Assembly: GCA_964057225.1 (NCBI GenBank)
Contig: OZ059895.1
Span: 6,014,001 to 6,078,000 of the forward strand
Reading direction: 5' to 3'
Origin: Auanema rhodensis
Lineage: Eukaryota > Animalia > Nematoda
DNA length: 64,000 nucleotides
Part shown: piece by piece, positions 1 to 12,400 of the stretch
How positions within the stretch are numbered: the first letter of the stretch is position 1
How the letters are laid out: each line of letters opens with the position of its first letter
Notes under the pieces: model-generated
The model's database searches: none
The model's input: the letters and a program-made list of their open reading frames with translations, nothing else
Told to the model about the DNA's origin: nothing
Program-made: the position numbers and the translations under genes

Positions 1-3000
1 GAGTTTGCTGTATGAAAACTTTCGTGAATAAAAACTTAGATTCGGATGATAAGCATTTTGATATACTATATGTACTACAATATAATGGAGTGTTATCAGC
101 TTTTAAATTAGGGTAAATTTTAAAAAATAATGTATGGAATACATCAAAGGTGCTGAATTTCAGGAGACTAACTCGATTTGAAAAGTTGTGGTCCACTTAC
201 TTAGGCATAGGTCTTTGTGGTAGCTTTGAAATTTTCCCAGACTATAATCTTTTGGTTGTTGGCGCTCATTACAATACGTCCGGTATGCTGCTTAACCTAC
301 CATATCGAACAACTTGGAATTTTTAGGAAAAGTAAAACCGCCCGGAGGATTATGTTCATTTCGTATGATAGATACATATCCATATGCTGAACCTATTCGT
401 GTGATGGGAGATTCAAGTATAGTTAAATAATTTTGATTTATGGAATTGTTCAAGTTTTAGGTGGATGGTTCAAGTGGTCTAGTCAATTTCTATCTTCAAG
501 GCTATTTGCTTATATATGCTCTATGTCGGTATCTTCATCATTTAATATGAAACTAGCTACTGTGTCTACTAATGGCGATTTTTTTCTATTTGACGTTCCT
601 TCAATGTCTTTATCTTTGAGTATTTCATACATCTCTGGAAGACGTCCAGTTCAGGCTCTTTTCACTGATGAAACAGTAGTTCTAACGAAACAGATGATTT
701 TGTGAATACTTTTTCTAGGAACTGACCATTCTTTTTGATAACGGTGATCTGGTTAGAAGTCAAATTGAAGACATAGAAGAGGAAATTCATGCGAATAACG
801 CTGAATATACGTTTACTAGCCGTACTGCGTTGGTGGTTCCCAGTTTTCGAGAACTTTTTATTTTAGAAGGAGATGTGAGTAATTTCATAACTAGTATTGT
901 GAACACATATCTAAAATCTTTAGCCTGGTAGCTCTGCTCTACATGAAGTTGCTAATCAAAGAACTCACTTAGCTTTTCGTTTGTGGGTGTACACGATTTG
1001 GCGCTCATTTAAACAAGTAAAAATAGTTCTAGTTTAGATGTTTTTAAATTCACATTTAGCTTGTTGGAATGGCTGTTGGAGATGCAGCATCCCCTCTACA
1101 AATGGCAACACATTCTGAAACTTTAGGTTTCGTTGTGTGGCATTCTCCTACTCGAACTCTAGAAGAACTTTTAGAACGAACTGTAAGTTTGTTTTAATGT
1201 TTCAGTATTTTATAATATTTGATTTAGCTTAATGAGAGGAATTATAGCAGAGCAAAAGAATTAGCCGAGTCATTTTCAGCAGCAATTGATATAAATATAA
1301 TTCTAAAACGAGAATGGACAGATACTTCAAACTCTGGTGATTTAACTGTTCAACATGTTCACGATATTTTGGTATGTGCAATTAGGTTTATTAATATTTA
1401 CTTATATTTCAAGGAGAATATTGATGATCAAGAATGGGTACTTCGAGCTTGTTTATCTTGCCGTTCCACTATTCGTGATGTTCACATAGAGTTAGTTCTT
1501 CTCGGTGAGTTTATATTATTGTTCTAAAGTATTATATAATTTATAGGATTGAATTTGTTTGACATTAGTGATGATTGCAAAATCATTATTTTACATGTTG
1601 CTCGAATTTTAAATGTTTGCTCCGATGTCGAGCTTTTCTTGGAACTTCGACATAAATCATTGTTCGAGATAGCATGTTGTTTCGCGCAGGTTTGCATGAG
1701 TATACATTATAAATAAATTATTATCTTCAGAGATGCTTATTCACAGAACTTCAACGGTTATTGGAACAAAATTTTTGTTTATTATCTGATTTTGTTTTGA
1801 ATATTGCATCCTTGATACCATGTAGTGTCCCTCCTAAGAAATATGAATATTTATTGCCTTCTTCATCGTGGACTTTCAAAGATATTGAAGAAGTAACCCT
1901 TATATATTCATTTTTTGTAATCACTTATGTTTCAGATTGGAAGTGATTATGTAATACAGCTGTCAGAATTTAAAAATAGTCCGGAATCTGACTATGTGAA
2001 CGAACTGAATTTTGGTGAAACGGTTATCAAGTATATAGTTGTATATTATGTTCAGTTAACATTTATGTTATTCTAGACCTGAAAAACAGTATTTAAGTTG
2101 GGTTATGAAAAAGATTCAAGAAATAGACAATTTCACTCTTGTCGATTTTGCTATTGAATTATTGAAAATAAGTATTGAAAATGGATTTGAGGTTTAGTAA
2201 CTTTAACATACAACTTATAGAGCTCTCTATTTCAGCAATTAAAAATAGACTTAGTTCCGTGGGAATTTTACAGGGCTCATGGAGTGATTTGCGGACTAAT
2301 CGATCAGAACTTCGAAAGTTTTATGAATATGACTGCTGATGCTTCTGTCGAACAACTGATTTCGGTAATAATGATGCATAGTTTATTTGTAGCTAGCTTC
2401 TTTCAGCTAAATGTACCAGAATTGATCAGCAGTTCGTCTCAAATTGTAAAATTTTTGGAATGGAAATTAAACGATGATTCCCTAGTAAAGACTTATATTT
2501 TCCAAATATTGGAATCCGCAACTCGTAAAGATGTCAAAGCCCTTCAACATTTCCGTAAAACCTATTCTAAATACGTAGATACTGATATGGTTAGTTGAAT
2601 CGTGGAGTACTTTTCCACAATTTTTTGGTTTTCTAGATAATCAAATGTCTATGCAATTGTACTTTAACTGGAGAAGATCTTTTGAATGCAGTTCGCTCCT
2701 TATCTGTTTATTCCGAGTTTGTCAGTGCGATCAAAATTTTCTTAGATAGAAATGTTCGGCCCACTTTTGAAAAAATTTGGAACAGTACAAAGGAATTGTA
2801 TGTTTCGGATAATATTGGAATATAGTTGCATTTATTTCCGATTTCAGGCCTTTTGCCAAAGGTCTTCTAATGCAAGTTGCTTGTTGTGGGCAGGCTAGAA
2901 GTGCAGCAGAGTGGGAAATTTTGAGAGATGATCTCGTTCAATTGACTAGTTGGTAAGGGGATATTCATGAGAACTTTTATTCTATTTTTTATTTCCAGTC

Positions 3001-5674
3001 TGTATGCTGGTTTGATATCGGATGACATGGTTTTAGACATTCTTGCCTGCGAGTTATTGGCTTGTGAAGAATCAGGATATGATCTTTCTGCTATTAATAC
3101 CGTACTTACTTTAAACAAATCAGGATCTAAAGAACCCTCAAATAATAAGCTAGGATGGGAACAATCAGCAGAGGCAACATTATCATTTTGTTTGCTTTAT
3201 GTAATGTTCAGTTTGTTTAGATTTTACTACGCCAAAGTAACGAAGCTTTGCAAGAAGCCGTACTTGTAAATGATCCGAATCTTAAAAAAGCTAGATTCTT
3301 AGCTAATCTTGCCAAAGAGGTCAGTAGGTTCGAACGCACCTTTTTTCAATTTTTTGTTTCAGACTTCTCCACAGGCAGCCAAAGATCTGTTGAAGCTTTT
3401 GGATACTGTTGATGTAATTCAAGATTTAGGATCCAGTATAATGCCCGCAAATGTCCGAGTTACTGCTCCTATGATTTTATTGACTGAAGTTATTAACACT
3501 GGAGTGAACTATAAGCATGTATGGCTGTTGTTTCAATGCGATTCATAACAAAACCATCTTTATAGGGGAAAAAATGTGCCAAGTTAGCTGTTCTCTTAGG
3601 AATTGCAACTCCTGTAGCAACAGCATTGTCGCTGTGTTCATTAGCAGCTATTGAAAATAATGATGAAAGCTATCTCGATAAGTATATTCATGAAGTTATA
3701 TCTAAAGCCAGAGATATACCTGTCGTTCACGATCTGTGCATGAAAATTATTAATTCGAACTATTCTGCTTCAGTATGTTTTGTAGTACGAGAGATATTTT
3801 AGAAAATATGATTTTCAGAATATATCTGACATATATGCTTGTGCTCTTCTAAATTGCCCAGATGACCAACTATTTTCAACGATGGAGTTGATTAATCAGA
3901 GCAAGATACAACATTCTTTCACTGATATAGGACCAATTGAACCTTCTAATGATGTTGTTCTTGATGCTATGTATACAAAGGTACTCAATCTCATTTTCAA
4001 TCAAGAAAACAACTTTTTCTTTCAGATTGATCGATGGACAGAAGCTCCTGAGCTATCGGAAAACGTTCGATTTGCACTGAATAATTCATCGAATTTCCCA
4101 ACAACAGGATCAGAGGTAACTAGTAAATATTATATATGAAATCTTGTACGTTTTTGACTAGGTTGCTACCCTTATAAACCGACATAGCTCAACCGCTGCG
4201 ATTTGCTTAGCGTTGACTGATTCTAACGAACAATCCAAGCCATGGACGAAGAACGAAATGCTTTTGGAATACGAAAAAGTATATCATATATTATATATAT
4301 CCATATATTAATCTGTTTTACAGGCATTACGACATTTTCAACTAGAAATCACTCCCAACTTAGCATCAGCTCTTCCTCCAAGATATCTAATTTCTAAAGC
4401 GTTCGCTAATGATGAAAATATATCCTCCATCGATCGTGTTCATAATTATGGTTCACTTTATTATGTCAGAAACAACTTATAGCATAAGTTTTTTTAGGAG
4501 TTGACAGAGAAAGATTAATTGAAGATGTAGTGTATAGAAAAGAAACTATCATCGGCTTAGCGATGTAAGCATTGTTTATTAGCATTTCTTCGTATGAAAA
4601 CAAAACGTTTAGGTCTGAGGATGAAGATATGTTCCATGACGCACTTGAGTTATCTAAAGATTTCAAAATCGATGAGTGGGAGGTGCATTTTGCTTCGCTG
4701 GAGAATGCTCTCACTAGGTTTGGGTGTATGGTTTCTGAACTGACATAATGATTACATTGTAGTTGCACAATACAAGAAGCTAAAACAATTCTGAAGAAAA
4801 GAGGTCATTTGAGCGTATTAAGAACAAATAAACCTGAGGTATTTATAGTGTTCGTTATTGTTTCTTATACTTTTTTTCCAGTTCCATCGTAAGTTGCGTA
4901 CGACAGTTCTTCCATTCATTGAAGGAAATGAGCATTTCATTGGTTATTTAAGTTTGTTTTCGGAAGAGGAATCAGAGAAAAAGTCATTGAGTTTTATTAA
5001 AAAGTTATTAGAGAAAAAGAAAGGTAGCTTCTCCTGAAAGAATTTGGTTTTCTTTCATTTCAAAATATTTCAGATATTAAAGCCAAGCTTCTCTTCACAG
5101 ATTGTGCTTACACCTTGGATTTAATTTTATCAATGCCTGACAAACTTCTTATTCTACTTTCTACAGATCTGAGAAATTTACCGGTTTGATTTAATTGTTT
5201 TGTTATTTATATTCCATGTGCTCATAGGACGGAGCCAATATTTGCTGTTCTGCTGCAAGAATCTTACTTGAGGGCACCGACTTACGTCCTGCTGCCAGTC
5301 CAACTGTTCTATATTCCTTATTAGGAAAAGATGAGTCATCTCTTTTAGATATAATAGCTGTGAAATCGGTAAGGGTATTAGTTTATTTGAATTAAAAGAA
5401 ATGTTTTTCAGTTGAGCGATGAAATTTCTTATCTTGAAATGAATTTAAATATGTTAAAAGAAATTCCAAATACACCAGCTGATTTAATAACTGTCTTGTC
5501 GTAAGTTTTTCTCCTTAATTAGTTTTTCTCCTTAGTATATTGAAGTCGAGTTATGTAAGAAATTGTTTTTTTAGAAATCGGCTCAAATTGTTGTCAATAC
5601 CATCTTCTGACAGCTTTTCTCTTCCGGAATTTTCAAGCACGAACAACTCGGTTTTAAGTAGAAGACGTAATTAA
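1..5674 (+). CDS. smgl-1: NBAS/SMGL-1 (NMD and Golgi-to-ER tethering factor), multi-exon, 5' end outside window
   Basis: Spliced translation includes GVDRERLIEDVVYRKETIIGLAM/SEDEDMFHDALELSKDFKIDEWEVHFASLENAL, which resembles the NBAS C-terminal block (..YKRETILGLA..WEVFMTHLEFL). Many short GT-AG introns. Stop TAA at 5672-5674 and AATAAA near 5740. Confidence 0.85.
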
Positions 5675-5934
5675 TTTATTAACGGGTTAATAGGAATTTT
5701 TATTTTGGTTGGTGGTCATTTCGACTTGTGATATGTATAAATAAATGAAAGTTTTAATAACTAATAGATTTACATAAATTTTGAGACGGTTATTTTATAA
5801 CTTTTTCAACATTTGTATCATAGATGCTTGTAATAATATATAAAAAAAATTTAATAATTTAATTTTGTATTATGTGGTTATATATATCCAATACATTTTG
5901 AAGTTCAAATAAGAATAAAAAAAATTTTACTCAG

Positions 5935-8900
5935 ATGAATAACATCAAGCGGAAGAGTTCAGGAATTCAGAAAAGAGTATTTCAAAATGAAAAGCTACTG
6001 TAATTCATTATTTTTTTAGAAAAAAAGTTCGTATAATCGTACGGGGAGTAGTAGTGAGGATGAGTGGTTATGTGCAAGAACTTTCAAAGCTTCTAAGATT
6101 GGTATCATAAAAATTTCTGCAGAGCAAAGATATGTTTCCAGATAATGCTTCACATCCTCTGCCAGAGCCAGAAAAGGGGGATTTTACTAATACTAAAACT
6201 TGTTTCAAGCATCAAACAAATCTCTCTACAACAGAAAAATCAAAACCACATGAAAGAAGATCTCCTTTTCCTCCAACTACTTTGTCAGGCATGAGTAATG
6301 CAAGAGGGTCCATTGGTTTGCGACATGTTTAAAACAGTGGTTATATAATTTCTTTAGGCTTTCCTAGCTCAGCATTCTCTAAAATAGATGTCAGGTCTAA
6401 AACTCAGCAGCTAGAAAAGGGTTTTCATTTGTCTTTTGGAATCATTTAATGAATTTTAACTGCAGCTTTAAATCAACCCAGTTGGAAAAGAAAAAATGTT
6501 ATTGAAGAAGTGAATTCAACAGATACGATTATACCAAAATTGAAATCATCTAGTTTGTTCGAGCTATGCCTCAACAACTAACAGAATTTTCTTAGCTTCT
6601 GTCAAATCAAATGCTTCTGATGTAGTACCCGACAGTTACAACTCATCAAGCAGTTCAGTTAGTACGTCTTCAAGTAAAAGTTCAAAGAATAGTTCTTCAT
6701 GTAGGAATATTATTATAAGCTTTCTTAGTACTAATCATTTAGCTTCAAAAAGTAAATCAATGGGCTCATATAAAGTTCAAGAAAAGAAATTTGAGAAATT
6801 GTGCGAAAAACCCTTTGAAACGCTGCCCGAGACTCTTCTAGACAGGTTCAATGCTTTTGTTTGGGGAAAATAACTGTAAATCTTAAATTTCAAGCCCTGT
6901 GCTGCCGTGTACTCCTATTCGAACTAGTGCAATTCGAAGAATATCTCGTGTGATAGATGATATTGAAGTTGAACCCAAGCCATCAGGCAACACTTCTCAT
7001 TCTTATATAATACTTTCATCTACATTATTTAGTTCACCTCTCTCCGAAACTGTCTACCGATTACTATCCTATGTATCTCTCTAAACGGAGAAACAGTATA
7101 GATATATTACCCCCGAAAACAACAAATGATTCATATTCATCATCACAGTGTGAAACACCAAAGCGGATAAATCGTCGTCAAAGTCTATTAAATATGAAAA
7201 TTGAAGCATCCCAAGAATCGGTACACATGATACCACAACACCTTTACATCATTTTTTAAAAACTGTTTAGTCTTCACCCAAATTTGATCAAACTGTTTTG
7301 ATTATGGAAACTCTTGATATTGAAAGTCTTAGATCAAGAACTTCTCACGAAGAGCGTATACCTGAAAAAGTTTCTATTGAAGTGAGCCAAGCACATGTAA
7401 TTATGGGTCAATTCAAGAATACAGTTTAAATGTTCTCATTCAGACATCTCCTATTAAGCCATGTGTCTTTAAAATGCCTAAATTGCGACTTCCAGAATAT
7501 GAACCATCAGTATTATTCTTGTTTGCTGTTTCGAAATGTATATTTATTTTTAGGAGCCCAACATCGAGGAATCTTGCGCAGGATTTGAAATTCAAGAAAC
7601 ATGCCATCTTGGTATAGCTGAAACTAGCATGACATCTGCCCGGGAATGTTTTGAAATCGATGAAGCCGATGTAAGTAATTCTTTATAATATCAATGAGAA
7701 AATTATTTTTTAACGCTATTTAGTAGTGATCGGTTGAATATGTCTATAAAACGATTATACTAACGATGATATTTCAGGGAAAATCCGTGCGATGTGATGA
7801 TTATGTAGTTAAACCAATGTCTTTAGTCGGGCCAATATCACAACCACGGGAAAATCAGTTGAATCGTAAACGATTATCAAAACTCGCAGGTATGATGGAT
7901 TTTAGATTTTTTCTGGCATTTATGCCTATGCAGTAGTTCATAACACTTCGTAAAAAACCAATCTTCTTTGGTCTAGAAAAAACTTGAAACTTTGGACCCG
8001 ATTTTGCGATTACAGGTCGACTCGCAAAACACTTGTCCGGAGTACGATGTGAGAGACTGATTGTACGTCGCGATCCGCGTGCTGTCATCGTTAGCTTACC
8101 GATCTCCGAAACATACAGGTTCGTGGCAAACCTTTTCTTGGTTTTCTGACACCAACTTTCGTTTCTTTTAACACAACATTGTTGAAATAGATTTAATTTT
8201 TTTATGAATAAGATTACCTTCAAGATTTTTTTTTCATTTCATGCTTTTATTGGTAGATCGTCTCGTTGTTTTCATTTTTTTCTTTCAATAATGTAGCACA
8301 TTTCATACAAATTATCAACAGTAGTTATCAAGTGAATAACGCTCAAGTACATCGAAGTTTAGAATTCGAACGCTTAAGCTTGATATATTGTGTTGGATTT
8401 TTCAATCATAGTAGTCATGTTTACCAGCAATGTTTTATTATTGCCATATCAGTGCCATCTGACACATTGCGAATTGCTTATCGTATCATCTCTCTTTGCT
8501 GAAACGATAGAACAATTTTGAGATTATACTGCGTTTCGCTGCTCCGAAAATAGTTAGATTCAGAATTCTTGTGAACTTCAGCTTACTATTGTTCTTTTCA
8601 TTTTTCTAATCTCTGACAGTTTAAACTCTTCTTCACTCATTCTTTTATTCACTGTAGAATGGCTCCCTTCACTTGACTGTGTTGTCGATTGCCGTTTTAT
8701 GTGTCATCGCTTTCTGAGTCCTGTCCCACATGCCGCTACGACAGATTTCATGTACATTTAGTTCTGCTTATCTGAAACTAGCTAACAGTTCAAATCAAAC
8801 TATTCTTTGCAAGGTTATCTGCCAGTTATGGCTGTCATTTTGTGGAATTTGCTGGTTATAACTCATTTCACCATAGATTATCTCAATTTCCTCCTTTTCT

Positions 8901-9357
8901 TTCAATTTTACTCAAATTGTTTTCTAAATTTTCTTATTTATTTCATTTCAGCAATTGGGGTCTGACTTTTTACGAAGCTGCTGGCAATGGTCAACTTATA
9001 ATAATACGTGATCGTGCGTCGGGATTTATTACCAGTTCTCGTGTATGTACATCAGCTCTCTCATCGTTGGGAGCAGTAGACGGTTGTGCATCTTCAGCCA
9101 ACCCTTTGCCTTCTATTAAACCATCGACTCTTGCGAACGAAAAGCACGTGAAGAACGATCTAAAGGTGTCAAAGAGCCGTAGTATAGCGCCACCCGCTTC
9201 AGTTGGTACCGCCTTAAGGGCTGTAGTCAACGCCGGCACAGACTCCGCCTCTTCTGCTGCTGAGTGCTGGCTGCATCTCGCCCAACCCTATTCTCTCATC
9301 CGTACTTCAAGCAGACAGCCTCCTGCCATTATAAATCCTGTCCTAATCGACAGATGA
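5935..9357 (+). CDS. Unknown Ser/Lys-rich, largely disordered protein with [S/T]P sites and a possibly folded C-terminal region; probable downstream operon gene
   Basis: ATG directly after a TACTCAG acceptor, 260 nt past the smgl-1 stop. Chain of short-intron exons runs to 7889. Phase-compatible exons 8016-8118 (GRLAKHLSGVRCERLIVRRDP..) and 8952- (NWGLTFYEAAGNGQ..) follow. The 3' end is uncertain: alternative stops at about 7953 or 9399. Confidence 0.6.
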
Positions 9358-9400
9358 TTATTTAAAATCGGAAAATAACTGTGTTTCCAGTTCAATTAAT

Positions 9401-12400
9401 ATGATATTGTGTAAGCTATTACTATTATTCATATCGTTTCCAGTCGCTTGGAGCATAAGGTTGGTTTGAAACATTTTTTATTTCTTTTTCTGATTATACT
9501 ACTTGAACTAATCGTAATATTTCTTTTAAAAAAATACTTTATCGTATTTTTGAACTGTGTCATTCAAATTTTAAAAAATAATTTAATGTCTGTATAATGG
9601 TGAGAGTTTTGAACAATGCTGTTGTTTTATTTCTCTAAAGTTGTTTTATTTACTTTTTTTTCGATTTTAGCTGTAATTACTAATAATAAATATAGTAAAA
9701 GTTCATACAAACTGTACCTTCCTGTCAGTCACACAGTGCTTTGATATCATTTGGACTTTTTCTATTTTATATTAGTTTTTCGTAAGAAGTTTGTTTTAAG
9801 AGATATTGAGAAAATGATAAAAGAGAGAAAATGAATGAAGGGAAAAAGCCTACCTATGTATGTGATTCAAAATGAAAACAGAAAAAAAACTGTTAAGCTT
9901 TTCAATCACTTTCAATGTATCTAAATAAAAAATGGATTTATCACAGTTTTTCAAATATGAAAGGCTAGTTTTTTCACTTTTTTGTCATTTAGATGTCAAT
10001 GCTCTACCGGTTCGTCTGGCGTTAGTTGTTACAATCAATGGTGTGAAGCTCGAGATTATGGCGGAAAAGTAAGCTGTTAATACTTTTTAATTTGTATATT
10101 ATATGTGTATTCCAGGTTGGAGCTTGTGCTGTTGTACAAAAAGGTTCCCGACGTCTATTCGCTTGTGTTCGTATTAAAAACACCAGCGAAGACTCATGCA
10201 TGGCTGATCGTGTGAACGGTGAAACTCAGGTCTGTTTTTATGATTCTCTAGATATTATGTTCTCTATCATTATACCGTGCTTTGAACTTTTTGTACACAA
10301 ATCTGTATTTATTACAAATCAGACGAAGTGGCTCAGCTGGAGCTAACCGGTTTCATAGATGCTGACAAGCAGAGCTTGCCAGATTCCCCCTCCCTAGCTT
10401 CTAGTTCAGCTGATTTTCATTGGTGACCTCTCGTTGAAACACTCACTCTTGATTTGCTTATGATGCCTTTTCATGTCTACTATGTTCTATTTCTCTCATA
10501 TCTTCATCTGTCATCCAATAAGTAAAGGAACAATAAAGCTCATGCTTCTTTTCATCCTCATCTCCCGTCAGCATTTCGATCATCATCACTTTTATATTAA
10601 AGTGATGTATTTGATTTTGAGTTTGGCTATCTCTGCTCCTCGTTTTGTTCCGCACTTTTCCCTTGCTCTCCTGTTTGTCTTCAACTGCTGCTGCTCAATT
10701 AACGAGGGAAGAAGCATCAGCGACGGTTACAGGGACCTACAGAAGCATTGACCGATTGCGAAAGCACGATCGAAATGTATGCAAACAAGCAAATATTCTA
10801 CAAATTGTCTGTTCTCTTATACTTTTACTGTGTGTCTATGCGTTTCTCTTATGCCCTAATTCCCTTTGGTCCCTATACTAGGTTAGCTTGTAATTTCTTA
10901 GTACCCATATGACCTGATGCGCAGCCGCGAAAACGAAACTACTTCTAGAACGTGTGAAATTATGACAAGTGAATGTTGCTGAAACAAACCAGTTTGGAAT
11001 GATATGAGAATCACTAATTACATCTCTCGTTTATATCTCTTTCAAGTAAAGAATTCGTACAACATGCCCTCGCCTAGACCCTAAGAAGCGCCTTGGCTTT
11101 CTAGCCAGATTAGCAGCTTGATTGAGTCATCATCTAGCTCATTTCATCAGAGATCTGAAATCGGCTACATGACTGACACCCGTTTTGGACTAATTCCAAT
11201 ACGATGAGTGAGATTAGTACAACTTTTCGTAAAAAAATATACACAAAGAAACATAATTGGAACATTAACCAGAAAGTCTTTGTTTTATTTCTCATTTTTC
11301 TATTTTTCTTTTTTTTTGGCTACAGATGACAATTCATTGAAATTCACGCCATGTGGTCTAAGTTTGAATCTATACATGAACATTAGAGAATCTTGAGCAC
11401 TTTCTTTATTTGAATTTTGAAACGTTTTGCATATTTGCAGGTTCGATGTTGGTGTCGAAGTGGAGATTACTGCAATATAGATCTAGCTGATCGTATTGAA
11501 GATGGTGATTATAACATGAGATCTGATCCGTCGAATGAGGTAAGCTAATGTGGTTTTGCAAATTGAGATAAGGCATGCTTTTTACGATTTTTGTGTTGAA
11601 AAACATCATTAATAGTTTTTTAATAAGGTGTCATTATGATGCCCTCAAGGAATTTTGATAAGAAGAAAAGAGAAGAACGATACTTTCATTTATCACTTAA
11701 ACGTTTCTTTTTCAAATATATGACGTAAAAGTACATTTCCTTTTTTGATTAGTTTCATTTTTTTCTTCTTATCTCATTTCTTGATCCTATGTTTTTGTGT
11801 TGTATGAAAGACGAAGAATGGCTAATGGTTCGATGATTCGGCTTGCTCTTTACTGCTAAACCATCCGTTCAATGACATTTCTAACGTTTTTACTATTCCG
11901 CGAATACATAGCATCCCATATGGTACTCGGTTTCATTATCTTATAAGGATTTTACGTGCCCCCTCAGACAGAACAGCTGGGATAAACTTTTTTGATAAAA
12001 AAGAGAAAATGAAAGGCTTTCAAATAATAGAATTCCAAAACTTTTGCAAACTTGAAACCTAAGGGTACAAGACTGGAACATTCATGCTTTTATTAATTCA
12101 AGATTGCCACCTCAACTGTCCGAACTACAACTAAAGATGATTTTGTGATCGAACAAACCTACGACGTCATTGAAGATGAAAGGTACGTGAAGTTTTATTT
12201 TTTTCATTTTTTTATATTCGAATGTCAATCGTTTGTGAGCAAGACTCTCATGCTCTTTGCACCGAGAGAATGATATTACTGTTAGAAATGACTTTAGCAT
12301 TCTGTACTTTTTCTCCTCTTCAAATTCAGAAGTCGTGTGCACTACGAAGCCTTTTGTTGTCCTAACTGTACAGTTTTTTATTTTTTTGCTCTTTCATTCA

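Noticed and set aside
7855-8223. 122-aa minus-strand ORF
   Set aside because: Antisense shadow of the plus-strand exon 8016-8118, with no convincing exon chain or motif.
10902-10918. Partial PSE match TACCCATATGA
   Set aside because: Lacks the AGRTACG half, and no recognisable RNA starts 58 nt downstream.
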